Shown here: positions 1-14,492 of the stretch, piece by piece
Layout of the letters: every line of letters starts with the position of its first letter
Numbering within the stretch: the stretch's first letter is position 1
Source of the DNA: Balanoglossus misakiensis
Taxonomy: Eukaryota; Animalia; Hemichordata
Direction of reading: 5' to 3'
DNA: 64,000 nucleotides
Assembly (NCBI GenBank): GCA_040954595.2
Contig: CM082595.2
Location: forward strand, 1,552,635 to 1,616,634
Made by a program: the position numbers and the translations under genes
Notes under the pieces: model-generated
Seen by the model: the letters and a program-made list of their open reading frames with translations, nothing else
Told to the model about the DNA's origin: nothing
Database searches by the model: none

Positions 1-308
1 GCAACGCTATTTGGGTCAGGAAGGTAAGCTTCTCCGGTACCCTTACACGCAACCATTACGATTTTATTTTGACACTTGCCGGAGCGTCTGCACGTTGGAA
101 AAATCAGGTATTCGCTAAAAGTACATGTATATTTACATTCACACTTCTGTCCGTTTCTCAATACACATGGAGAAGTAATTATTTTTATTCTAACATCTTG
201 CAAGGTATATTGATTTTAAAACTTCCTCTTGCCTAGGCCTGTCTCGTAAACGTACTGGCTGATATATTGGTACTTGACTGTCACGCGAGTTCAGCTGCTA
301 AACCGGCG

Positions 309-2320
309 ATGGCAAGAACCAACTGGCTGATTGGTCCCCTTGTTACGGGACGTGCCAACTCCCTTGCTCCTCAGGACGGACGGATCTCGTCAATTTTGTT
401 TGCCTGCAACGTCATCACGTTTGCAGTCGTTTTCAACATCGTTCGGTGGATGTCAACGGGGATAGGAGAACACCCAATCTCAATCGACGTCACACACCTC
501 TTTATTATCCTATCCATTTTCACCGTGTTCGCTTGTTGCATCATGGCTGGTTTCATTTTGGCTGGAAAACGCTATGTTCTTTGGCAGACAGAAGACAACT
601 CTTCCAACAGTCAGGCTCATTTCACCTTAGATCTCATTGGCGTCTACATTTTTGGTAGCGGTGTTGTACTTTTGGAATTGATCTGTCTCTCTGGATCCCT
701 GCAATGCCTGACCGTCGCAAGATGTTTACCAAACGCTGCAGAATATATCTCCGAGCTTCTATTCTGTGCAAGTCGTTTGATCTTTACGTTGTTACTGATG
801 GTGTTTCTTGGCAAGTATTCCCGCGCAACCCTTCACAACTGCGTGCTTCTCCGATACGCTTTGCTGATTATTTTGGCTGTTAATCTGATGACGTGGTTTT
901 TCACATTGCTGGACGAATCCAAAGAGCTCTTCAAATCGTACACCGATCCGGAAATGTTTCAGGTACTCTGTAATACATCCGACTCTACTGATAATGAACT
1001 AGCTTGGCAGTGTGTCAACCACACAACTCCATGGCAACGGACTCTGCTGTCTGCAGAACCGGTTCTGTATCCGTTTTCTATGGAGTTTTCATTGGTAGCG
1101 GCAACTATTTTATACCACATGTGGGCGTCCATGAAACACCTGCGCAGATCGCGTAGACTTGTTAAGGACGCAGAAACCTTCTCAGAAAGAAGTCAGCTTA
1201 TCAATAAAGACTCTCGCGATGAAAACCTGGGAAAAACGGACGACGAAAATGATAGACTTGAGGTCAGCATTGATAGTGAACTTAACACTTCCTTGACGAT
1301 ACCAGTACGCACCCCGACACAGAAAAATATGATTGCGCCACGCTGTGGCTTCGGAATGATAATAGGTATCGTAATGATGACAACCATGATCGTCGTACCG
1401 CTTCTTCAGCAGAAAGGAGTTCTCCCTGAGGCCATGTTACGTCTGTATTACGTCACAAAGATACTGCATTACGGCATCATGACAATCTTATGTTGGGTTG
1501 GCTTTGAACTGATGCGTTACTATGACTACGAGCACAGGCCATATGCGGGTGAGGACGCCCTCCTGCTAGTCTCAGCAGTTGGCGAGTTTGCTTACATGTA
1601 TTTCAAAGCCACGGCCGCCGTTGGACTTATTATTGGTCATCATGATTATCACCTGAACGATGACATTCCAAACGACGTACCTTGGATGCTAATTATTGAG
1701 AAGATTCTGACGTGTGCGCAGATCTGGACGCAGACCACATTTTTGATTGAAGCTGCTCGCTATAAACCCAGAGAAATGTGCAATGGAGGGCAAAAGGTAC
1801 ATAGTCATTTAGCGTTAATTTTCATTAACACAAATTTAATTTTCTCAATGGTAAACTCATACCATAGTCAGTAGAAAAGAAACTGTCAAAAGCCACAAAC
1901 GCCAGTCACTTCATGTTTCGTTGTGTTGTTGTTTCTATTCTTGAGAAGTCAGTGTGCCCGGATGAGATAAGGTCCTGACAAATCTTTCATTTTCTCTTTC
2001 AGTTACGCGAAATAATGATGTGGCTGTTATTCTGCAACCTTGGTTTTTGGGTGCAGTCGGCATTCATTGATATGCTCGATTTTGGTCTTACCCTGAGCGA
2101 GAAAGAATTCTACAATTTTCACGATCAGTGGGCATTCATTATGCGAATCCTGTTGCCAGTTCTGATATTTTACCGTTTCCATTCGGTCATTATGTGTTAC
2201 GCCATCTACGGTAACATCTGGAAGCCTACGTTGACTTCAGGACATTCCGAAGAGGTCCTGACGATTGTCAATGCAGACGAGAAAGATTTCTATGTCGTTG
2301 ACCGTGAACAAAATACATAA
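309..2320 (+). CDS. OTOP: Otopetrin-family proton channel; coding exons ~309-1796 and 2003-2320
   Basis: Multi-TM protein with otopetrin motifs LYPFSMEFSL, LREIMMWLLFCNLGFW and PVLIFYRFHS. GT donor at 1797 and AG acceptor at 2001-2002 join the two ORFs in frame. ATG 309 has a good context. An acceptor at 235-236 and a donor at 24 suggest further upstream exon(s), so the true N-terminus is uncertain. Confidence 0.9.
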
Positions 2321-2672
2321 AGGGCGTCTCCAGAACTATATGTTACTAAAATACACGACACATTCTGATACTAGTACGTTGATGTTTTTATTACGCATAT
2401 AGTAATTTGTGCCAATACTCATACACTATCACAACAGTAATGGTAGCGCATGCACAATTTTCTCATCAAAACTGTCTCCCAGATGACATTCAAACGCAAC
2501 AGCCACAAAGTTGGCAATTTCCTAAGATGCTAACAACTGTGCTGGTGAACATACAAATTCATTAATACAGCCAAGATTTTAAGTTACATGTCAAATAATA
2601 GGCCAGTACTGAATTTTCAGTTCACATTAAAAAAAGTAAATATTGTTTGAACAACTCTCCATAAATTTCTTT

Positions 2673-4527
2673 TCAACTCTGCGATGATTTCTGCCAGAAT
2701 TTTCCACTTCCTCTCAACCTAGAATAGAAAATAATTCAAAGTAAATATGTGATATCCGTAAATAATACTGTATTAAAAAAGATCCTACTTTTTCACTGAA
2801 AACCATTGTACTGAAACGTCCACACAGTGCTTAGTAAATTCAGTCGAACTCAAGAAATCAAAGATGGCCGCCTTTTTCCAAAACGAGGCTGTCTATCGAT
2901 TGGCTGCCTCCTACAGAGCGACCGCACTATACCATAACTTCTGACTGACTCTCTCTGTGGGATTGTCCTTACTTACCCTTTCACTTTGGATGATTTCTTG
3001 GTGGCTCTGGCCGGCTGTGCTTCTACTTCTCTGGAGTCCGTGCTCATATGTTGGTCATCCATGTCCTGTGATGTGGCCTTCAATGTCTTCTTGATGTTGG
3101 CAACCTGTGTTCACAGACAAATGAAAGTGAAATCTCTACAAATGAAATTATAACAGTACCATAATCAGTCAATCAAACTGTCCATAGTAGCCAGTCAAGG
3201 GACTTCCTAAACTGGCTTATCTAGACAAGTATAGTCTAATATAGTATTATTATATTGTGAATGTAAATAGTGACAGCTACAGTGAAAGACATATAAAGAT
3301 TTTGAACCTCTGTATCAACTCTCTGTCTTGTCTTGATGCAGTTTTCTTTGTATGTATTTGCATGTTTGATTTGTTGTTCAATTCCACTCAACACAGTTTC
3401 ACAGCCTTCACACCTGTAAGATACAGATCAACAAGTTTCATGTAAATACCTAGTGTTGAAACCTCCAGCAAAAAAGACCAGGAATATCAGGTGTTTCAAA
3501 AATAGTAAGCACATCATGCCCCATGTATATTGAAATACAAATACTATATATCAAACTTACCATTCTTGAAGAACTTTCCCAATATGTGAAATATTTTCTG
3601 ACCTGATATCTCTACCAATGACATAGTCAATTTCTAATTGTTTATTTTTCTGATCTAGTTTACCCCGGATTACATCTGCATAGATACTGTCTATGATGAG
3701 ATCCTGAAATGACATTTATGAGAATCATGAGGATTTGACATTGTATTCTCAATGTATGTGAGAATCTTCAAAACTTTCATGAGTAAAGCCATCTGGACAT
3801 TCATGTAAAATAAGAAAGTTCACTGACCTCTAGCTCTCTCAGGTTCTTCATATCTAGTTCTTGTAGAAGCACTGAATACGGTATGCACTTAGTTTTGTCT
3901 GCTAAAGAAACTATTGTAAGATGACGGAGTTTGGCTTGCTGGGCTGGCGTCAGCTCAGGTAACTCAAATGCAGTAGCTGAAATAAAGAAACGAGAGTTCA
4001 TGTGTGTACATTTGTACCATGAAACATCTGTCTGTCTGCTCATGAGAATATCATTTGTTCTGGAAAGGTAAGTGAGAACATAACTAACTAATCGCATCTG
4101 TTCATGTGGTGTAAGGGTTAAAGGTATCTCACCTTTGTATTCTTTGTACATTCCAAAGGCAAATATGTTTAGTAACTTCAAGTACGATGCATTGGGACCA
4201 CTAGCAAGCTGTACAGAAAGTCAGAAAGAAATAATTATGCCAAATACATTTTTAAGTCCCCCGCAGACGTTCAGTGCAACAGTTCTGCCATGTAATGTAC
4301 ATGTGAATGGATAGCAACGAACATGATGGTGAAAGTTATAATCAGTGGGTCCTTACCTCTTGCACATTTGGCATTTCAAGGAGTTCCCCAAAAACATAAA
4401 CACCTGGCGCTTCCAATACTTGTTTGATTAACGCAACCACTGCAGCTCCTTTGGCAGACTTCGCCAGCAATATAAACTGTTCCAAGGGGTGAATGGAAGC
4501 GATCTGCTGTTGTTTTAACTCAGACAT
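2673..4527 (-). CDS. COPS7: COP9 signalosome subunit 7; exons 4527-4357, 4208-4133, 3976-3828, 3703-3561, 3413-3308, 3104-2977, 2718-2673
   Basis: Spliced translation gives [15 protein letters not shown]...[48 protein letters not shown] (PCI domain), [27 protein letters not shown] and C-terminal [10 protein letters not shown]. All introns are GT-AG and phase-consistent. Confidence 0.95.
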
Positions 4528-7500
4528 GCTGTGGCTGTTATCACAAAGAGAAGGAAAATAAGTCGGATCAGTTCAATTGACTGACCACCTCTGATAGCAC
4601 GCATTTCACATGGGAGTGGGGACGACTCGATCGTCGATCTTTCCAAGCAAGTACCGTACATGTAGCACATCAACACAATCTAGTGGAACCGGAAGTACAA
4701 TGAAATGTTACAGCGAATATCTTTATACATGTAAATTTCTTATCCATGCCTCAACGAATTCGATCAACTAAGAGTATGCCTTTATTAAAGATGCTAGGCA
4801 CAGTTATCTACCACCAACAAACAACGCTTGATGATGTGCAAACCTTTTTTCTTCCACTCGATGTTCTCAGATGATCGATGACATACACAGTTTTAGCAGA
4901 CCTTGTCTGTACGTCCTGAATGGACCGTTTAACTTAGTTTTAAATAGCAATGCCCTTTAGGTTCCCGTTGGATTTAGCTTCCACGCGCCCTCAACCGGAT
5001 GACCAGAAAAAAATGGGAGCTGTTACGCTAGTCTCTGTTCCGTTCCTGCAGCTGGATGCGCTACGCAAAAAGAAACCTGGTCAAGCAGGTGTACAGCAGG
5101 AGAAACAAGGTGAAACATAGACACTGCGTGACCCCTGACGTTGACCCTAAGTTTACCTACATCTCTCACGTACCCATAGACTTAGTCTGGAGTCGCGCTC
5201 ACAACCTTGTGTGCAGAAAGACACCACACAAAAGAATTTGAATTTACACGTAGTCGTAAGCTGACAGACCAGGTGTTCAGGCAACGCAGCACGCGATTTC
5301 AATAGTCTGGTCCAGTTCTTTCAGTGAATGTCCAACCTTTTCAAGCAAGTCTACGGACAGGTGAAAATACTGAACGATAAACCTTGGTAATCCTAGAAAA
5401 CTCGCCAAAACACGTCTCTACTCTGGTGTCAAATTTCCCTGTAGAAGAATGAACCGACTCTCACGTGTGGTGGTGTTGAAAACGTAGGAATTGTTTCCCT
5501 CACATTTCAAGCAAGACTCAGAGGATCGTATTACAGCTCTTTCTGCAGAAAGTCGAGCTGAATTTCTGAACTTTGGACAAGCGCTTGCATAAGAGTAAGC
5601 TTAGCTGTTCTGCCTGACAGTCACCCGTCTGCCGAAGCCGTTCAAGAAATCATCAGGATTAGAAAGTTTGGATGATAGAGAATAAGTTGGCGATTGATAA
5701 GGTAGGTAAACAAAATCAAACCAATATTATATGAATATGAGAGCTGCCATTTTATAAATTATTTTCATGATTTTATTGACCGCGCAGGGATGCACCAATG
5801 TTTAACCGTGTATCCTGTAGAATGACGGTTTTTGTTGAAAAACAGAAAGATCAAAATTGTTGTGATGAAGGCGTCCATTGTTTGATGCACGTGATTTGCA
5901 TCACCGATAAAATGAGGAGAGAAAACAAACGAACAACGTATGGTTTCCATCGTGCGAAGGTAAGGGCAAGGCAAACACCGTTTCTCAATTGAACCATTGA
6001 GCAATTCAGCGACAAAATCCATCTTGTTCGGGCCAACTACAATGTGTAAATAGTAGACACAAAGTTTGCCTTGTTCAGTGGGGCATGCTTGGCTTGCGGC
6101 GAGAAATAGATTTGTGCACGTCAAACATTCTACCATTCCAGCCTGTTGAATACATTACATGTACTAGTAAACTCCTGACTTCTGGTTGAGGGACACCCGC
6201 AACTCTTGAACACAGTCCCTTTATCACTTGAAAATTCACAGCCAAAATTTATGAAAGGACACAAGCTTTGAAATATAACATAGAATGAAAGGAATGCTGT
6301 ATTATCTGAGATCAGATATTATCACCCCTAGTTGAGCCGTTACCATGGACACGCATCATTCTAGAAAAACACGTGAACTACGCGCAAGCAACCAGAGAGT
6401 TCCTCAGCCAATTTCGTCCACTTATTTGGTTTTTAGGCCAAAAGACATTTATCTCCAGGGTGGAATTTATGAATAGTACAAATATGTGATTGGCTTTGTG
6501 TTTTACAGGGTCTCTCAGAATCTTATTGAAAAGGTGACAAGAGAGCTAAAGTTACGCTTTTGACTTCTTTTGAAGAGATGTATCTATAACACTATTGATC
6601 ATCTGATTGTACCACCCCCAGTCTCAAACGGAAACATTCATGCATATCGTTCAAATGAGGTCAACAACAATCGATGTTTCGGTTCAGTGACTAATTCCTT
6701 AGAAAAAAAGCTTACATTAAAATTAAATGTACCATCTAAGTTTAAACTTTATTCGTAGTGTCGGTGCGCGCATGTCAGAGATTTACAACGTGACCTTGGT
6801 AAAACAATAACGAAGGAACATCTTCTAGGTGATGTTGTTAATCGGTTGCTGTTGGTCTCATAATAAACCGACGTGATAAAGCGAACGTTAACTTGAAAGG
6901 CAATTTGACCCGTCTCCAGCATAATCAATCATGCAGTTGTTTGATCTGAAGGCGTGGTTATGGCACTATAAGAAAAATATATATCGGGTCACCTTCAAGA
7001 CAAGGTATCGCTTTATTGGCGTTAGTTTGGTGGAAACAACGCCTGACCAAATGGGGAAAATTTTATGAAAAGAGGACCTCTATGCAAAATCCTCCAGACC
7101 CCCCTCCCTGAAGTATTTTCTGAACACTCCCTCATGAGAAGGCGTTCTGGCGTCGGATCTGTCAACTAGATTGCTAGGAGCGACACAATCAATTAAACGT
7201 ACCAGTCTGGTTGGAATCTGCCATGCGTGTTTTTATGGGTGACAAATTTCGAAACTCTTAGGGTGTTTTCACAAAGTTATTAACATTTAGGAATCTGTCC
7301 TCTGAGGTAAACTTCTCCGCGTCACAGCAGGTTGATCAGTGCATATCGCTCATGTTATCGATTTAAAAGCAAGTGTGCTTTGAATCAAGTGATTATTGAG
7401 TGGCAAAACTCAACTGGACCAGGTGAGATCGATCACTTATAGTACTAACCCCTTTGGAATGCACTCCAGTTAAGATTTACAATGCTGTTTACAAGTTTAA

Positions 7501-9294
7501 ATGTCATTTTATTCACCTTTAGACTTATATGTCATTGCATGCTTTTGAGATTCTTAAACCAGAATGTTAACAATTTTGATTTGGTAGTAGGCAAAGTATA
7601 ACGCCGTCACACGTATAAGTTTAGTTTAGACATTATTCTCAAGAAAGAAATGTGCAGATGAGACTTGTAAACAACAATACACCATTAAGTGTTTACTGTG
7701 AGTCTGGTTATAACACTTGTCGCGCACTTGCTATGGAAACTGGCCAAAGTTCACACCTAGAGTGTGTACATTGTAAGAGTTTTTATATATTATTTGTTTG
7801 ATTTTTGATTGTGTGTGAGACATGAACACGATTTTGTGTAAACTTGAGGGGGTAGGCCTCGCGGGCGTGGGGTTCGAATTTTTGTATCAATTCAATTGCC
7901 CCTTTCGGGGTGCGTGTCATGTATACTTAGCAGTTGTTGAAGTCACATTGGCAACAGGGAACCGGTTCTCGTTGGTTCAGCTACATGTGTATTTTAACGA
8001 CATCAAGATTTTTCGCGTTACGTTGTTTCCTGTTGCATGCGAGTATACAGTCACCTATACGACCACTTTAACCATTGAAAACATAAATATAACCAATCAC
8101 AGATTTTCAGTTGGTGGCACACGCGAAAATGACTTAGACATGCCCTTTTTGGCCATAATATACATGTACATGCATATGTAAATTAGATGTGACCTGTGCA
8201 CCTTTAATGGCTTGCACTTCCAATTTTGGTGATGTGCCGTGGAAACTTCTTGCATTTTTTGTGTCTGACATGAAGAAAGGTGAATTTATGACAGGTTGAC
8301 CTGACTAATCGGCCAACATAAAAACACCCCATCTTACACCCACTCTTTTTTCTTGCTGCCCACAGCTAGTTTATTGAAAATCGTTTCTTACTGTATAAAC
8401 CTGTTTGTAGTCCATTGTATTGCACTTGCTACCAGTGTTACGCGTGTCCATAAATACAGTCCGATTGTCACAGACAAACAGATTTAACAGCTACACATAA
8501 CCCTTTTAGTACTGATAGTCTGCCCGGACGGAATTCCACAAGAGTTCCAACTGGATACACTTGATAGCACAAACAAAGTTCTTTTCACTGGACACTAGAT
8601 AATACCACTGCTTTGAAGTATCTTAGTTAAGGCATGTATCCATAGTCCGTCGACATAGGCCGTAAAAGACATTTCGCTCTCACTCGCAATATCTTGTTAG
8701 TCAATTTATGGATGATATAACAAGATATCCTTTCATTTATATTTTAGTCGTACAGTGTTAGTCTCGGATTGCAGTTTTAAATGTCTAATTCAGACTGTCT
8801 CACGCATCGCTTCTGTGAAAGCAGTCGTTTAGTGTTCCCAGAAACTTGAGAGATGTTAATTACGAGCTGTATCATGATCAACCATCATATAGATATGCTT
8901 CTATTTATAAATTACATGATCTTGATGAGTTGCACAGCTGCTGGTCCATCGAGTGGGTCTTTAGTATTACTAACAATATCAGAGAACACCTTTTGGAGAT
9001 ATGAGAGGAGGTTGGGTCACAAATGTCTAACATGTCCCCCTGGGGGTGTCACTACATGCTGGGCTTGAGTTACCATTCTGCATGTCTCCAGTTGCATTTT
9101 TTAGAAGTATCACCCCCTGTTTAATATGTAACACCCTAAGTGCAGTGATTTATGCAGTCCTTTCTCTTACCAAAGCACCTCGCAACTATACACGTAGCAT
9201 TTTTAGATTGACATGCGAAAATAATTGTTTTGTCGTTTCCGTCTTCTTTGGGTTTTCTTCTAGATTACTGTGAAAAGGGCCAAGATTTCGCGCC

Positions 9295-12200
9295 ATGAAG
9301 ACGGATGTGGTCATATACGCGTGTTTAACCATAATGGTTACCATGGGAACAGTTTCATCCTCCGGGGGCGCTTCCCCGTTCTTGGATATGTCATACCTCT
9401 TCAAGACGGACGAGACTATCTACTGGCCGACAGCTGAGCCGTTCGTACTTAATGTCGCTCACGCGGGAGAGACAGAAGCTGGACTCTATTACGAATTGAA
9501 CAACTTCTGCGCTGCAGAACACGGAGGAACGCACTTGGATGCTCCTGTACATTTTTCTGAGGTAAGTAGAGGATTCCCGCTCTTTGCGAGATCTCGTGAG
9601 ACTTGGTTGCTAGCCAAGTGATACAAGTATGAAACTTGAGCACTATAGGTGCAGAGTGTAACAGAAATTGTAACTATCATGCCGTTTAACGCAAAGGGCC
9701 GTGGTTGTTTGTTCTACGTCACATGAGAATGTTCTCCCATACAAACTGGTTAGCCAAACGAGATCTCGCAGAGTCTCGTGGAATTCGGTAAAGGGTCTAC
9801 TGATGGGTTGTTTACAGTTTACATCCCACCGAGCCCCATTACAAGAAAAACAGACGACGTGTTTTTGTTTGAGTGAAACACGTCGGAAGAATCCGACACA
9901 GGCAATCACTGTGACGAGGTCACACATGAATTCCTATTTATCAGTCTTTGGCTCTCCGTGTAAAGTCTCCAAGGTACTTGCCTTACAACTAGGACAAACC
10001 GCAAAAGTAGGGGGTCCTTTACTGACGTATTTTGTTTGTACACTTTTTTCCTTAATTCTAACGACAATATGGGCAGATGAAAGCTTGGGTTAAATTTTGA
10101 TCTCGTTTGCATTATGCTTACTACTATTGACTACTATTTTGTGTCATGCGAAAAGGTTATGAGCTGTACTTGGTTGTCTCAGTCGATGATAATTTCTGCA
10201 GTGTTTCCCAGATATCGCCGCGTCGTTGCATTTTGAATGCTAAATTCTAACACATCTGGTCAAGTTTCATACTCTGCTAAAGCGTACAGGCCTACAATAT
10301 TCTGTTTCAAAAAACTTCTGATGTGCGAAATGAAATCTTGTGTACGCCCCCCCCCTTTCTGCCGATTACCTGCCGCCTGAGATGCAAATGATTCAAAAAT
10401 CTGGGTTTGAAATTCGAACGAGAGAAAGCACCCCCTCATTCCAGCTAGTCTGTATGTGCCACGACTTTAATTTCTGCCTGAGGTGTAAACCAGACCGCAA
10501 AGCGTATCTCTTGTTTCACCTTGTAACCCTTGCGTAAACATACCTGCTTGACAGAGAAGCCGCCAACAGTTGCTGAGGCTGACAACATACTTTATCATTC
10601 GTGTAATCTTAGACAGCCGTGTCCTCACGTTACAGGGACGCCACAGGGCGCATGAGATATCACTTGACGAACTAATTGGCCCGGCAATCAGAATTGATAT
10701 CAAGGCCAAAGCGGACCTGGACCCTGACGCTGAGTTAACCATCTCCGACATACAAGACTGGGAAAGTACGTATGGTCGGATACCCGATGACGTCATACTG
10801 CTGGTATACAGTGGTTGGGGAAGTCGATGGCCAGACAAGGTAAAGCTTTTTTTCTCCAGGTTCCGGGCGTCCTCAATCCGGGAGTCAAATTAAAATATTG
10901 TTTCATGCCCGTGACACCGAAGGATTATGGGGAGGGGGAAATAATCTATTCTCATTTTTTTCATCCTGAATTTAGCTGACGTATCTGGGAACCGACACAA
11001 GAAACACATCCCTGCTCCATTTTCCTGGAATCCATCCCGACGCTGCGCAATGGCTTGTCGACAACAGAAAGGTATACCGCCATTTTCAGTTCTAAATGAT
11101 ATAGTGTATAATATATGTCACCATTGGGACATTTCGTAAAATTTCCTTTGTTATCCAGTATGAGAATGTGTGAAAGATCCCACTTATGTATTTATGTAAG
11201 TACAGAAACATAAGATAGACATGTAATGTTGTAAATTTTACATCATTGTCATGTTCAGATCAAAACTGTTGGTATCGACACCCCGTCTCTCGACAATGGA
11301 CAATCAGTATATTTTATGACACACCAGATTCTCTTTGCCGAGAATATACCAGGTAAGTGCAAATTGGAACCAATCTAGTCGCAGAGGGCGCCTGTATTGA
11401 CTTGTTTGTCATTACATGTACACACAGCGTATAATATATATACAAAATAGAAAATAGAAAATAAGCCTTAGTGTTAGTTCCATGTGAACCCTGTTAACCC
11501 TGTTAGTTCCATGTGAAAATACCTACAATTTACTCTAATAAAAAGCTTATGGTGATTTTTTTCTTCTCAGGTCTTGAAAACGTGGCACATCTAGACCAAA
11601 TACCTACTGTGGGGGCAACTATCTATGCAATACCTATAAATCTTCACGACGGTAGCGGCGCTCCAACCCGCATCTTCGCGACCGGTTGGCGGAGTGATAC
11701 ACCTGAACCCTGTAACATGTCAGCTTCCGTGAGCGACCCCTCCCCATTTCTGGATTTGAGTTATCGCTACAAGGAGAACGAGACCATCTCCTGGCCCACG
11801 GCAAGGCCTTACGAATCAGAGATAGATTTTCGTGGAGTAACGGACAACCAATTCTATTACGAATCCAACAATTTCTGTACTTCTGAACACGCAGGAACTC
11901 ATATTGATGCGCCCTCTCACTTTGTTAGAGTAAGTAAATATGCATGTGGTTCAAATCAATAATATGAATTTATTAATATTCATGTTATTTTGCATGATCA
12001 TACACCTTATTTTTCCTGAATGATAAAACATTAAAAGTCAAACTAACATTTAGTGATTATGGAGTTAATTTACTCAGATAACCACCGCTTTTCACAGGGA
12101 AAACTAAGAATGCACGATGTGGCACTGGATACTGTAATAGGACCAGCGATAAAGGTTGATATCAAATCAAAAGCGGACCAGAATCCCCTAGCTGTGTTGG

Positions 12201-13281
12201 AAGTTTCTGATTTGCAAGCCTGGGAATTGGAGAATGGTCGTATTCCAGATGACGTCATACTTATGGTGGACTCCGGCTGGGGAAGCCGATGGCCAGATAA
12301 GGTACATGTACATGTATAACCACACATCTCAGTGGTAATGACGATGCTTAGTTAAAGGTATACCTGGTCGCCTAATGACCACGTGGTGGCGCACTTGTAG
12401 CAATGCACGAAAGACTTGCAGTGACTCTTGGGAAGTAGATCACGTGGTTTACAAATTGTATGTTGTTCGTGTGTGGTGAATAGTAGCCACCTATAACCGC
12501 CAGTCTACGTTTCTCCCACTTCCAGGAGAGGTTCCTCGGTACGGATACAAGGAATACATCCTTGCTGTATTTTCCTGGTATCCATCCTGATGCAGCGACC
12601 TGGCTTGTTAACAACCGCAAGGTAGGTCAACAGAGAAGGGAAAAGGTGAAATGCAGGAATGAGCTTTAAAGTGTGAAGAGGGCAGCAATATCTCCGATGA
12701 TACATACATTCATACATATATACATATGTGTTACTATACTCGCTAGTTCTGTTCTGTTGCAGATAAAATGTGTGGGAATCGATACACCATCTGTGGACCA
12801 TGGACAAATCAGAACTGCTGAGACGCATATTATACTCTTCAACGAGAACATCCCGAGTGAGTTGAAATGCGCATGCTCTCATATGTTGAATTGCTACATA
12901 ATGTACGTGGGAATGCATTGGTTTGGGTCCCCGGTTTGGCCCAAAATGTATCTGGAACATTCAAACCCTAAACAGGGTCAAGAAACTGAATTGGAATGTC
13001 CAGATGATATTTATTGGGAATATGATGCCATGTGTGTTTTCTATTTCTCTCATGTAGTTCTGGAAAATGTGGCCAATCTCGACCAACTTCCCGCGACTGG
13101 CGCTACTGTATTTGCCATCCCGATGCATATTCACGAGGGAAGTGGCGCCCCATGTCGCGTCTTTGCCACTGGATGGCGCTCTGACATTCCTGACCCATGC
13201 AGCATCGTTGGTGGCGCTAACAAGATGGCTGCCAGCTTCGTCATACTCTTTATTACTATGGTTACCATTTACATCTTGTAG
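9295..13281 (+). CDS. Tandem two-domain cyclase-family metallohydrolase (kynurenine formamidase KynB/isatin hydrolase-like) with signal peptide and C-terminal hydrophobic tail; exons 9295-9561, 10636-10839, 10976-11071, 11259-11352, 11571-11929, 12098-12301, 12526-12621, 12763-12856, 13058-13281
   Basis: Two HxGTHxDxPxH motifs (EHGGTHLDAPVHF, EHAGTHIDAPSHF). Each domain also has SGWGSRWPD, FPGIHPDAAxWLV, VGIDTPS, LENVA and GSGAPxR. Splice sites are canonical and phase-consistent. Confidence 0.9.
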
Positions 13282-14492
13282 AGTTCTTACACAAATAATG
13301 TGTTTATTCATCATTGCGCATGTCATATGCAATGGATATTCCCTAACACAAGTAACGTAATATTAACGTATGAACTATTTTGTTTATTTCCATAGTGACT
13401 GTGTTCAAGTTTAATAGTTTCGATTGACTGTATATATTAATATAACAAATTAATTTTCGAGACTGCGCAATGAGCAGAAACTCATCTACTAATATGATAT
13501 TACTGGTTCACATTTGAGGAGAGGGTACCAGTTAACCGTGGTCAGTTTGTGTGCTTTGGTAACTGACTGAATTTCATGTGTAGTGTTTTGTGACATTCTC
13601 ATTCATTTCTTCATTATTAAAGTTATTTTATCGGAACCAACCTATTAAAAGTTATATTGTTTTATGACATTTCTGTTGCGATGACAACTGAGACCCAGTT
13701 TGAAAATGCATTTCTTTTGCACAGCGGTCGATGCAACGCTTCAGGCTCACGTTCAATCACGTGATGTCATGTACGGGGGGGGGACTGCGCTGTGTCATTA
13801 TGTGATTGGACGACAACGAAAGACTGACAGGTGTTTCTTGTAATGTGAGCGTCTATATGCAAATGAAGAGGACGTTGCACCAGTTTAGGCATGCTTCCCA
13901 CGCGGCGCGTTGTCCAGTTCACTAAACGGCGGTAATGACAGTTTCAACTTTTCGTTCTTCGCTTGATTCCACGGCGTTATGAAGAAATATTATTGTCTGA
14001 AGACATTTACTACTTAACTACAAGGTCTGCTCTGATACACAGAATGTCTTTCTGATCGGATGGGCGCGCCAACCACGCCGTTTTTGAGAACCAATGGCAG
14101 ATATCGTCACTGCTCGGAGTTGTCAGTCCTTTCCCCTCTGCGGGTATCCACTCTACGGTTCCTCCATTGCCAAGATGGACTCCTGGGCACCAACCACCAG
14201 ATTTACGGTTGCAACTTTGACCGGTGTTTGAGTTCATGATGGAAATCTAGTCCGGCTTCTGGAGATGCCATGACACATTTAACGTTCAAAGGCGTGCAAA
14301 CATCACAACAGAACATTCATGTTTCAATGTCCAGAACGTTCAGTTTTTGACAGCTACTGATATCGATTTATGACGGTTAGCAAATTTATTGCATGCATAA
14401 TTAGTCTAGTTGACACATCGCCAAACATCAGTATACTTTCAGCGGAGAGTCTTGCAGTGCATCGTGGCGTGAACAGTAGCATTCTGATAGTC

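Noticed and set aside
4600-9200. Short ORFs between COPS7 and the cyclase gene
   Set aside because: No recognisable motifs or consistent exon chain; treated as intergenic or regulatory.
9566-9800. Degenerate inverted repeat around gcgagatctcg in cyclase intron 1
   Set aside because: Arms are short and gapped, and boundaries or a TSD could not be defined.
9295-13281. Recent bacterial horizontal transfer or contamination for the cyclase gene
   Set aside because: Eight spliceosomal introns and host-like composition. Ancient origin cannot be judged without a phylogeny.
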